Positions 1 to 9,933 are shown, numbered from the whole stretch's first letter. The stretch is DNA of 63,739 nucleotides, filler included, from Globobulimina sp. (GCA_003354225.1; 52 parts of 52 records of this genome joined end to end with filler, not necessarily neighbours in it); one strand, 5' to 3'. Notes: generated by a model not told the origin, from the letters alone. Program-made: numbers and translations.

Positions 1-21
1 GAAATATATAAATGAATAGAT

Positions 22-315
22 TTAGTTGAAACCATAGATGGTTCTTCCTTGTCTTTTTAATGCATATACAACATCCAAAGCAGTGACAGTTTTTCTTTTC
101 GAATATTCCGTATAAGTCACCGCATTAATGTCTTAATTACAGATCGCGACTCATCATAAATCTGGCCAGAGATTCTTTTTACGCCACCTCTTCACGCTAA
201 ACGTCGATCTGATGGCTGGTTTTGTAATTCCTGCAATGTTTCCTTTTCCTCCTTTTCTGAAACGTTTGGCACCGCCTTTTCCTAAACCTTTGCCTCCTTT
301 TCCACGACCTGACAT
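22..315 (-). pseudogene. H4: Histone H4 pseudogene (not in ORF track)
   Basis: Minus strand reads [35 protein letters not shown], then after a 4-nt insertion [24 protein letters not shown], then after a deletion of about the FLENVIRD segment [33 protein letters not shown]. It carries frameshifts and an in-frame TGA. Confidence 0.93.
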
Positions 316-812
316 TCTGAATAATAAATTAATGAATTAAGGTAAAATGGAATATATCGATCAATTGAATATGAAAGAGATTGATGTTGTTTTGGTGAAG
401 GAATTCTAATCGACACTCAGCTGCAGTTAGTTGGTGATAAACAATTAGAAATGTTATTGGTCTGCGCCCGCTTCCATTTTATTCAAACATGTACGAAAAA
501 TATATTGAATCCATTGATGTTTTTAATTCTGTAGGTAACAATATGATCAGTCATGCTTTGAGGAATAGTGGATTTCATATAAAAATGATTGATTTGAACT
601 TCAAAAAGAAAGGTTTTGACCCTTCACTTTAATAGCAGCTGTAATATTAAATTATGCACAGAACAGAAGTATAAATAGGAATAATTATATAAACTCCGCA
701 TTAATTACACAAAAAAAAATCCACTAAATCCCACATTTCTAATTCAAGAAAAAATCCACTAAATCAAATCCATTAAATCTCACAGTTAAGAATAATAAAC
801 AAATAATTAGCA

Positions 813-989
813 ATGAAAAAAAGCATAACATTAATTATTTTGTTGTTTATTGGTGTTGCAATGAGCTTGGACCAGTCAAGGACAGCACGAAGATTATTAC
901 CACCAGCACGGGAGAACCAGTTCGACAGATCAGTCTGGGCCCGGACCGCCCGGACCGCCCGGTGGGGAAACAGAAACCGTCTGCGTTAA
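813..989 (+). CDS. 58-aa putative secreted Arg-rich peptide precursor
   Basis: ATG813..TAA989 gives MKKSITLIILLFIGVAMSLDQSRTARRLLPPARENQFDRSVWARTARTARWGNRNRLR. It has a signal-peptide-like N-terminus and is a GC-richer island in AT-rich flanks. Confidence 0.55.
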   Translation: MKKSITLIILLFIGVAMSLDQSRTARRLLPPARENQFDRSVWARTARTARWGNRNRLR

Positions 990-1129
990 GGATGAACAAA
1001 GATTTTAATTTGCGTGTTTAAATAGTAGTAAATACATTAATTATTATAACATTGTAAAGCTCCTTTTTTAATTTAATTTAAATTGAATTGAATTGAATAA
1101 AGAATTAATTGCTTTTTAGTTTGTTTGTA

Positions 1130-1229
1130 NNNNNNNNNNNNNNNNNNNNNNNNNNNNNNNNNNNNNNNNNNNNTTAATTAATTAANNNNNNNNNNNNNNN
1201 NNNNNNNNNNNNNNNNNNNNNNNNNNNNN
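1130..1229. other. Artificial contig spacer (first of 51, recurring about every 1228 bp)
   Basis: 44 N + TTAATTAATTAA + 44 N, identical at every junction. Contig lengths fall from 1129 to 1127, consistent with a length-sorted assembly. Confidence 0.99.
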
Positions 1230-1251
1230 GCGAGCCTTCCAGCGATTTATT

Positions 1252-2261
1252 GTGCCGGTCATATTCCTGCCAAACAATGCCTGCATCGCACGCAGCGCCA
1301 CCTTATCCAGCTCCGGCGAGCTGCTTTTCAATAAATCCAGCACCTTCGTGGCAAATGCAATCAATTACAATGACAGCACAAACACGACCTATGCCTCACC
1401 AATCGGCAATGATTTGGATATTTTACGTTCAGCTGACATTAAATTATTAAAGTCTTTAAACATTAAATTTATTTGCGATTTGATGGTGGAAAAAAAGAAA
1501 AAATTGTATGTAAAAACGTTTTGTGTCTATTTATAACGTGAATAAAAACATATTAATATAACTAATACTTTTCAGTGTTTATAGCAACATTTTTTTTGTT
1601 ATAAAATTTGTGCATATAACTCTGGAAAAATTAAACGTATCTTACAAAAAATACTTCTATACTCAGTGGATTTGGTGGTTATGGAATGAAAATTGCCTCT
1701 TCGGAGAAAGCAGACAAAGCGCAGAGATATAAATCCTTCCATTTGAATTGCATTCCATATCCAGGCTGTGAATTATTTAAAATATTCAAGAAGCGAAACC
1801 ACAATGGAACCGATTTGATGCCGGTTTGGGATGATCCAATCAATGACGCGGTGTTAAGTTTAGATGATGGGAATAATACAAAATGTAAAGCAAATTGGAA
1901 TCAATATAAAAAATGGGATATTGTGCAATTGACGCAACGTTATTTGCGGTTAATTCTCGATTATGTACAAATATCATTTGCATCCAGCTTTAATTCGAAA
2001 CATAACAATACCACCAACGTTGGCATACTGATACATTGCGTGTGCGGATGGGACCGAACTCCATTGTTTATATCATTGATTCGATTAAGTTTGTGGGCCG
2101 ATGGTGTGATACATTGCGAGCTGAGTCCGTCGCAAATATTGTATTTAACATTGACATATGACTGGCTTCTGTATACACACAAATTTGGTTTTCGCATAAA
2201 AAGATCACTGAAAATCTTTATCTCGTTTATGAACCATATTATTACGAAAGATCGAGAGTAA
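1252..2261 (+). CDS. MTMR14: Myotubularin-related protein 14-like phosphoinositide phosphatase, partial; intron 1506-1666
   Basis: Motifs CDLMVEKKK|FG...SSEKADKAQRY and ILIHCVCGWDRTPLFISLIRLSLWADG (CX5R intact). A GTATGT...CTCAG intron joins the two ORFs in frame. Homology ends at about 2185. Confidence 0.88.
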
Positions 2262-2358
2262 ATATTTGGGTAGTTAAAGGCACAGAATGCATTTTGGTAA
2301 TTGATACAGGACTGGGCGTGTCATATCTTTACCAATATATAAAAACACACATCGACGA
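2186..2358 (+). CDS. Metallo-beta-lactamase domain protein (MBLAC2-like), N-terminal fragment with no start codon
   Basis: A different frame reads WFSHKKITENLYLVYEPYYYERSRVNIWVVKGTECILVIDTGLGVSYLYQYI, matching the MBLAC2-type W.AHK...ANIW.VRG....VIDTGLG pattern. Confidence 0.75.
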
Positions 2359-2458
2359 NNNNNNNNNNNNNNNNNNNNNNNNNNNNNNNNNNNNNNNNNN
2401 NNTTAATTAATTAANNNNNNNNNNNNNNNNNNNNNNNNNNNNNNNNNNNNNNNNNNNN

Positions 2459-2556
2459 TAGGCATTTTTGCTTTATCGTAAAAATCTATTTTCTAAGGGA
2501 AAAAACTGATTTTTTCTGTTTAAAAACAGATTTTTACGATAAAGCAAAAATGCCTA
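2459..2556. mobile_element. MITE-like foldback element
   Basis: 29-bp perfect inverted repeats TAGGCATTTTTGCTTTATCGTAAAAATCT / AGATTTTTACGATAAAGCAAAAATGCCTA with TA at both ends. Confidence 0.65.
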
Positions 2557-2643
2557 TTATAATTATATGGATGAAAAATAAAAATGGGCAAACAATATAC
2601 AATGGTTTATTAATCATTTTTTTTACATGATACAGTATCATTA

Positions 2644-3587
2644 TTATTCTTTCCAAACTTCGATCGATGTTTGAAAAATAAATGATTTTTGTGGTTGTGC
2701 CCGTTGTGTAAAACTGTCGATATCACTCAATCCAGACTCAGATGGTGACATAAATTTTCTTGGTGTAACATTTGCTTCATTAAATTTGGGATGTAAGGCC
2801 CGTAGGAATTCTTCATAATCAATTTGTCCATCATCATCCCAGTCTGCATCGATGATGCAATCCCCTATAAATACAGAAATAAGCTTCTTTCGCTGCGTAT
2901 CACATTCTTCCTTTGTCAATGGCATTGGCATATTAATATTAGTGGCTTGGAAATTTTCCAATTCCTTAATACCTTCATCAAAAGCCTCTGGATTTACGAC
3001 TGCTAAACATCGCTTAATCTCTGCCTTTGTTATGAAACCATCATTATCAACATCCAAACAAGCAAATGCTTCCCATAACCGTTCGTCCACTGCAACCAAC
3101 CTTTGATATGAAAATGCGGTTAGTAAAGCGTCAAATTTTATGGTATCTGTTTCATTCCAGTCCAATGATGCAAATATTGACTCAATTTGATAGTCTTTAT
3201 AGTTATGATTATATTCGGCCATTACTTTCTTAAATTGTTCTAATGTCAATGTTCCATCGCAGGTCTTATCAAATTTATGCCATGTGTCTTCTAATTGTCT
3301 CTGCTGTTTTGGGTCTATTTGATGAGCAAACAAACGAGCGATCATCACCTAAATAACAAATCAGATCAAATAATGGAAATATAACACATACAGTATATGT
3401 ATCCGACACGTACCTTAAAGTGGCATTGCCCACTAAATTTGTTAAACGCATCGATTATAGTCAATGGGAGCTTAATTTAGTTGGTTGATGTGGGGAGAGC
3501 TCTTCTCGGCGTTTGTCTTTCCCACCAACTGCACATGTTCTTGTCGAGTGTTCCTTTCGCACATGCTCCGTCACGTCCCGCGCCAAG
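2644..3587 (-). CDS. EF-hand protein, probably the junction plus calmodulin-like C-terminus of a CDPK-type kinase; intron 3349-3413; 5' partial
   Basis: Four EF-hand-like loops (DKTCDGTLTLEQF, DWNETDTIKFD, DVDNDGFITKAE, DWDDDGQIDYEEF). The GTACGT...TTTAG intron splices in frame. Confidence 0.8.
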
Positions 3588-3687
3588 NNNNNNNNNNNNN
3601 NNNNNNNNNNNNNNNNNNNNNNNNNNNNNNNTTAATTAATTAANNNNNNNNNNNNNNNNNNNNNNNNNNNNNNNNNNNNNNNNNNNN

Positions 3688-4356
3688 CAAGTTGAGGATT
3701 TTTTGGAAAACGAGTTGACGGATGCTTCGATTTTAGGGATCCGGAATTATTCGGGCAGGCAAATGTGGATTGCATCGTGTTTGAAAACAAATAAATTTAT
3801 GGCGAAATACAATGATTTGTATCCGAATTTGATGCGACAATTTCAGAAATTGACAGGAATTGCAAAGGATATTAATGTGCCGACGACGCTGCATTTAAAA
3901 GCATTTTTTGTTGATTATGTTAGTTTGAATGAGGAGAAATATGAAGAAAATGAGGAGTTACTAATGCGTTCCAAAGATTTTGATGGGTTTTATGTTTGGT
4001 TTGCATCCATTTGTGAGATAATAGCAGATTTCCAACAGATTTATGATGAGAATGGATTGCTTGAAACGTTATTTTATGATGAAAATAAAACGCATGAGAT
4101 CTTAATGCAAAATGAATATAAAATTGGTGTGTTTTTATTGAGGCTATCAAGTAAAAAAAAAGAAATATTCATTTCATTCAAACATAAAGATAATACGATT
4201 AAACATATTTCATTGATAAGATGTCAACAGCAAATATATCAAATCAGCAAAACTACCAAACAATTGCCAATATCTACATTTATTAAACAATCCAATCTAT
4301 TCAAATTTTTATTTATTAAAAATAATGTGACAAAAAATAAAAGTCAATATTTTTAG
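3688..4356 (+). CDS. C-terminal SH2 domain protein with STAT-like linker, 5' partial
   Basis: FYVWF...IYDENG...THEILMQNEYKIGVFLLRLSS...IFISF...IKHI follows the STAT-type F.xWF...W..G...G.FLLRFS pattern. Confidence 0.7.
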   Translation, partial: QVEDFLENELTDASILGIRNYSGRQMWIASCLKTNKFMAKYNDLYPNLMRQFQKLTGIAKDINVPTTLHLKAFFVDYVSLNEEKYEENEELLMRSKDFDGFYVWFASICEIIADFQQIYDENGLLETLFYDENKTHEILMQNEYKIGVFLLRLSSKKKEIFISFKHKDNTIKHISLIRCQQQIYQISKTTKQLPISTFIKQSNLFKFLFIKNNVTKNKSQYF

Positions 4357-4541
4357 CTGAGACTTTTTGTATTTTTGTGAATGCCAAACCTATTTTTATC
4401 TGTGTTTCATACGCTATTATATAGAGCGTGTTAAACCCAGTGTTTCTATGATTAATTAAGAATTTACCATAATATCTATGTATAAATCAGATAATTATAA
4501 ATACTTCTTAAAAAAACTTCTTAAATGTTGGTCAGATCTAA

Positions 4542-4816
4542 ATGTTGTTGTTGCTTTCCTCGAGTAAAATAATCACTAACTACACGATACACATTATTGC
4601 CAATTGGGCTAAGAAATACTCCAACAGATTCCCATCAGATTTATTTGATGAAATTAGTAAATATTTTCAAGTAATTGCTATATTTGGTAATATTGACTAT
4701 AAAGCAACAGAAATATTGCAAATAATAATAATGTCAGAAATAGCTCAAAGATATGATGAAATGGCACAATTAATGATTATATATCTACAGTGTATTGATT
4801 ATGATAATATTGATTA
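4542..4816 (+). CDS. Divergent 14-3-3-like protein, 3' partial
   Basis: MSEIAQRYDEMAQLM resembles the 14-3-3 signature LAEQAERYDEM and follows a N-terminal extension of about 60 aa. Confidence 0.5.
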
Positions 4817-4917
4817 NNNNNNNNNNNNNNNNNNNNNNNNNNNNNNNNNNNNNNNNNNNNTTAATTAATTAANNNNNNNNNNNNNNNNNNNNNNNNNNNN
4901 NNNNNNNNNNNNNNNNT

Positions 4918-5172
4918 AAACGAAAACCAGCTAAAAAACAAGGAAAAAAACGAAAAACTAATCGAAAAGGGGGAAAAAGATCGAAAAAACGAGTTGGTGC
5001 AGGTAAAAAAAGCGTTAAAAAACGAAAAGCTGTTAAGAGTGTTAGAAAACCAAAATCTAAAGTTAAAAAGAGGGTAGGTGGTAAAAAAAGGTCATATAGA
5101 AAACGAAGTACTCCGATTTGTAAACTAACTAAAGCCCAACTCATAAAGAAAGTCAGAGCACTGAGTAGATAA
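4918..5172 (+). CDS. Highly basic Lys/Arg-rich protein, putative Polinton core/DNA-condensing protein, 5' partial
   Basis: Open frame KRKPAKKQGKKRKTNRKGGKRSKKRVGAGKK...KKVRALSR*, ending 8 nt before the MCP ATG. Confidence 0.65.
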   Translation, partial: KRKPAKKQGKKRKTNRKGGKRSKKRVGAGKKSVKKRKAVKSVRKPKSKVKKRVGGKKRSYRKRSTPICKLTKAQLIKKVRALSR

Positions 5173-5180
5173 AATATAAA

Positions 5181-6018
5181 ATGGCTCCTATCAAAAGAAG
5201 TAGAAAATCAAACAGTTTGACTCAACCTGTAACTGATGTTGCTAGTCTGGATGTGAGTTTGAGTTTTAACTAGTTTATTTATGTGTTGATTTACGTATTG
5301 TAATTATGTAAACACTTTGCGTATTGTAATCGTGTAAACACGTTGCGTATTGTAATTGTGTAAACACGTTGCGTATTGTAATTGTGTATAAATTTAGGTA
5401 TTTAATTTGAATCCAGTACAACTAAGTATCCTTAATGAAAAATGGGAATGGTATTTGCCTTTGACCCAGGTTCAAAATACGCAACAAAGTATAACCATCG
5501 CAGTACCTGCAAGTGGCAGTCAATGGACAGATTCTCAGCTTATGTTGGAAGTTGATTACAAAATATTCAATGGTGATGACACTGCATTGGCTCCCAATGT
5601 TGAGGTGGCTGTTGCTGAAAATATGGGTCATGTATGGATGTCAGATGTTGATATCAGCATCAATGGTGTTACCGTTAGTGGTCGAACTGGTGGTCTCTAT
5701 CCATACATAGCATACCTTAATTCTGTTTTTGAATTGGATACTGGTAAAAAAATACAATTGGATGCTTTGGAAATGTTATACCAAAGCAAAAACGGAAAAT
5801 TTGACTCGTTTTCAAACCAGAACCCTGCATTTAAAGTATAAATATGGTAATCTCATGTGTATACACTACACATATTGTTTATTTTCAGACACGTAGGGAC
5901 ATGGCTGCTCTGAGTAGCAGTGTATACACCTTGAATGTAATAAAATCGCCCATATGTCTGCAAGATAAACCATTGCCACCTAATATCCGTTTCGATATAG
6001 TTATTCGTCAAAAAAATG
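5181..6018 (+). CDS. Polinton/Maverick (adintovirus-like) major capsid protein, N-terminal part, spliced: exons 5181-5252, 5398-5835, 5889-about 6018
   Basis: The spliced product SLD|VFNLNPVQLSI...WEWYLP...GHVWMSDVDISING...YPYIAYL...NPAFK|TRR...ICLQDKPLPPNI matches the F54H12.2/PY MCP N-terminal motif order. Introns are GTGAGT...TTTAG and GTATAA...TTCAG. Confidence 0.82.
5294..5388. repeat. 26-bp minisatellite (about 3.6 copies) inside MCP intron 1
   Basis: Unit CGTATTGTAATTGTGTAAACACGTTG starts at 5294, 5320, 5346 and 5372. Confidence 0.92.
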
Positions 6019-6580
6019 GTATTATATAGGCTTAAAAGTAGAAAANNNNNNNNNNNNNNNNNNNNNNNNNNNNNNNNNNNNNNNNNNNNTTAATTAATTA
6101 ANNNNNNNNNNNNNNNNNNNNNNNNNNNNNNNNNNNNNNNNNNNNTTTCATCCAATGTGATGTATCCACATTACATAAAAAATAGAAAACCGCCACAATT
6201 TGCACATTATAAAAAGGATAAAATGGATAAAAAGGAGGTCGAGATTGTTGATAACGAGGAAGAGAAAAAAAGCGAGGATATATATGATGAGGGTGATGAA
6301 GAAAATAATAAAATCAGAGCGAATTGGTGTAAATTTGGTTTTATTCATCAACATTATAACCCAAAACCACTTGTTATTCCAACTAGAAAAGCTATTATTC
6401 CACAAAAAAAGTGAATAAAAGTTATATTAAATTTTTTGACTTGTTTATGAATGATATCACTAAGAAATCAATTTTGGTCATTGTGTTTGCGATGACTACA
6501 AAAAAATGAAATATTAAGTGAACTATGTATGTTTATATAACAGTCTTGTTTAATACCGTAACATGCACAGTCACGTAGCT

Positions 6581-7141
6581 TCATTGTAGTGTGTTATCAC
6601 TGTCATAAATCACCATTCCATTATTTTCATCATTATACTCATGATCATAATCCATGGATGATTTTTTACTTTTACTTTTCTTATGTTGATCACCTGATCT
6701 TTGCGAATGGACATTTAAAAACTGATTTGGCGATGGTCGTGCATGACATATTAAGTTTGGAAGATCATTAACATCGTCTTTCGGCGGTGGTGGCGGTGAT
6801 GGCGGCTCAACCACATGTTTTATAACATTCTCCTTCATCAGCGACACAGATGATTTTTGATCTCCATTGTAATCCTCAATCATACTCCTACTCAATGTAT
6901 CAAATTTACTTTTCAACAAAATATTCTTCATTTCTGCAGTCCTCAATTTAGATTTCAGTTTCTTAATTTCCAACTCATAAACACAAATATTCTCCGACTT
7001 CTGTACATTTCCAGTATCATTTACTGCCACTTTCCTAGCTGCCAACTCCTCATTTCTTTTCTTCAACATTTCATTCCTTTTTTTAAACAAAACAATCTCG
7101 GACTTTTTCCCAACACTTTCCAACTTAACGCAGTACAGCAA
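6581..7141 (-). CDS. Coiled-coil/Pro-rich hypothetical protein, last exon
   Basis: 186-aa ORF with heptad-like Lys/Glu segments and a PPSPPPPP stretch. Confidence 0.5.
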   Translation of the reverse strand: MLYCVKLESVGKKSEIVLFKKRNEMLKKRNEELAARKVAVNDTGNVQKSENICVYELEIKKLKSKLRTAEMKNILLKSKFDTLSRSMIEDYNGDQKSSVSLMKENVIKHVVEPPSPPPPPKDDVNDLPNLICHARPSPNQFLNVHSQRSGDQHKKSKSKKSSMDYDHEYNDENNGMVIYDSDNTLQ

Positions 7142-7382
7142 TTTGTTACTATGTATATATATTTCATTTTTAATTCACATACTACCTACCTTAAGTTGCT
7201 CAAATCCAGATTTCAATAAAGCCACTTCACCGTCATACTGCTCCTTCATATCATTCATCTTCTCCATCAAAACTNNNNNNNNNNNNNNNNNNNNNNNNNN
7301 NNNNNNNNNNNNNNNNNNTTAATTAATTAANNNNNNNNNNNNNNNNNNNNNNNNNNNNNNNNNNNNNNNNNNNNCGGTCTTG

Positions 7383-7727
7383 CTACTGTGCTGCAGTATA
7401 ATTTAAACCATAAAAGGATAATAAGTCAGGTGGGAATTGCCGAATAATATATTCTGGCAAATATCCACTCTCAACTAATAGTGTTTTGGTGGTTGGGTCG
7501 TAAAGAAAATTGGGATCTGTGGCATTCATTAAATGGAGCATAAGTGTTACATTCCAGTGACAATATTGAGCGGTGATATTATAGGTATTGCCTACTTTTG
7601 TTTGTAGATAACCAACAACCAATGGTGACACGGTAAGTGTTGGCGTGCTCATAAATGTCGTTGTTGTCATATTCTGTGCTTGATATGGGATAATAAGCAG
7701 CCTGATGAGAAGTAATATGTAGCACAT
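7383..7727 (-). CDS. Small putative secreted glycoprotein
   Basis: Hydrophobic N-terminus, Thr-rich stretch and several N-x-T sequons. Confidence 0.4.
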   Translation of the reverse strand: MCYILLLIRLLIIPYQAQNMTTTTFMSTPTLTVSPLVVGYLQTKVGNTYNITAQYCHWNVTLMLHLMNATDPNFLYDPTTKTLLVESGYLPEYIIRQFPPDLLSFYGLNYTAAQ

Positions 7728-8603
7728 TGATAAAAAATCTGAATAAGGATGACTTCAAACTAGCTCACTTCAAAAAAACTTCAATATCTAAGTTTTTTAT
7801 ACAGCTCACAGGTTTGTTTATCCATCCAGTGTAAACTAACTGAAAATAAATCCTTTCGAACCAATCTACTGGGAAAGTACGTATCTTATTAATCTAACCG
7901 GCGTTGTGATATTATAGCTTTTGGTTTCGGAAAAGTTGATTACTGTTTTCGACTTTCTTAATTAAAAAAATTAGCCGACCCACACCGGGACACCCCTCTT
8001 AATTTAAATAGAATAAAAAAATCGTTCAAAAATCATTGTCATTCGTTTGATTCATCACATCCTTTCTGGTTACCATTATTTATTTGTGATAATGGATTTA
8101 TAATATTTGAATTATATCCGTTCAATATTTTAGGCAAAGGAATATAATCAATTATTTCACCATTTCGTTTTATTTTATCTGAATTAATTTGTGGTCCATC
8201 ATCATTTTGTATATTATCATCTTTCTTTGTATCACATACTTTCGATGCTGACTATGTTTAAAAACATTTAATTTTAATTGTTTTTGGTTTGATGGTACAC
8301 AATGATGTTTAATTAATCATCATTTGCATTTCGCAAACCATCAAACAATAAACCTGCATAAATATACCTGTTGTTGTTGTATACAATTATGGGATGATTT
8401 CATTTTGAAGCAACACATATAGAGTGCCCATAAATTGCCATTTTCATCAATAAAGTTCATATAATTTCCAAATGAATCTCTCGGAGTATATGACACAAAT
8501 ATTNNNNNNNNNNNNNNNNNNNNNNNNNNNNNNNNNNNNNNNNNNNNTTAATTAATTAANNNNNNNNNNNNNNNNNNNNNNNNNNNNNNNNNNNNNNNNN
8601 NNN

Positions 8604-9640
8604 AATCCAGCGACGACAGTTTGCTTTCATTTAATTTGTCCCGCAGATATCCATTTTATCATATCATTATAAAATTTACTTTGATCCTTAAAATTTGTAA
8701 CCAGTATCCCGCGAATATCAATTTCTTTATAAATTAATTTATGAAGCATTGGACGTAATGTTGCTTTTGTATTATCCGAGTTATAATGCGATATTTGGCC
8801 ACAAACAATGACTCTTGCTTTGACGTTTAAAATGTCCCACGTTGCCGCTGTAAATGGACCACCACAATTATCCCAAAATAAATCAATTCCATTTGGAAAC
8901 TCTGCTTTTAGCCGTTCTTGTATTTTTGCAAAGTCATCACCATATTCTTTATAATTGATAGCTCCATCAAACGATAGATCTTTTAACCACTGCACTTTTT
9001 CTTTAGTTCCACAGATACCGACCACGTGACAGCCATATATATGCTTTGCAATCTGTCCACAAATACTTCCCACTGCACCGGCAGCGCCTGAAATTAATAT
9101 ATTTTCGCCTTTTTTTATTTCTCCTCGACATAGCAAGCCATAGTAAGCAGTCATTCCGGGCATTCCAACGGAACCAATATAATATGAATGAGGAATTGAA
9201 CTGACATCGGCCAGTTTTTCATCATCAACGTTTGGTGGAACAATACTTTGAACAGATTTAGCATCAATAATATTGAGTGTAGACCAGCTCCAGGCACCAT
9301 ATACATAATCGCCTGTTTTATATTCATCAACATTGGATTCAATTACTTTTGAGACTTGATGTCCATACATTTGTTTGGTGGGAGTTTTGTACCACGTTTT
9401 CATGGCACTTCTCATATATGGATCAACGGATAAATATTCGGTTTCCACCAATAATTGATTTGACCATAATTTTGGTAATTTAACATCTCGTGCGATCTCA
9501 AAATGTTTACCAATGTTTGGCAACTCCGCTCCTGGTAGGCCTTTGAGACGAACTTGGGTTGCTGAATATGTCACTGTTGTGGATATAGGTAATTCAGTAT
9601 CTAAGAGCGCAAGCAGTTTATCGATTGTTTGAAGAGCCAT
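8604..9640 (-). CDS. NADP-dependent oxidoreductase (MDR family, PTGR1/CurA-like), with in-frame TGA at 8627-8629
   Basis: YLSVDPYMR, GMPGMTAYYGL, ISGAAGAVGS, CGQISHYN. Homology continues past the TGA (GQIK*KQTVVAG) to the contig edge. Confidence 0.92.
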
Positions 9641-9833
9641 AATATCGTATTAAAAAAACTTCAGATTCTGATAGGAAAAATTTTTGTAATTTTGAATAGA
9701 GTTTTCCTATTTGACCTTGATTTTGCTCATGNNNNNNNNNNNNNNNNNNNNNNNNNNNNNNNNNNNNNNNNNNNNTTAATTAATTAANNNNNNNNNNNNN
9801 NNNNNNNNNNNNNNNNNNNNNNNNNNNNNNNAG

Positions 9834-9933
9834 ATGTTTCGTATGTAAACCGCTATCGTAGTTTAAAAATCCAATCTCGGCTAGAAGTGACTGTAAAGGT
9901 GACATGCTTTCGAATGTTTAACCTCCGAACTTA
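9834..9933. repeat. Dispersed repeat, copy A (reverse complement of 53043-53142)
   Basis: 100 bp with one visible mismatch (TGACTGTAAAGG vs TGACTGAAAAGG). Confidence 0.93.

Noticed and set aside
4869-5144. Minus-strand Phe/Leu-rich 'membrane' ORF
   Set aside because: It is the antisense shadow of the Lys/Arg-rich plus-strand ORF.
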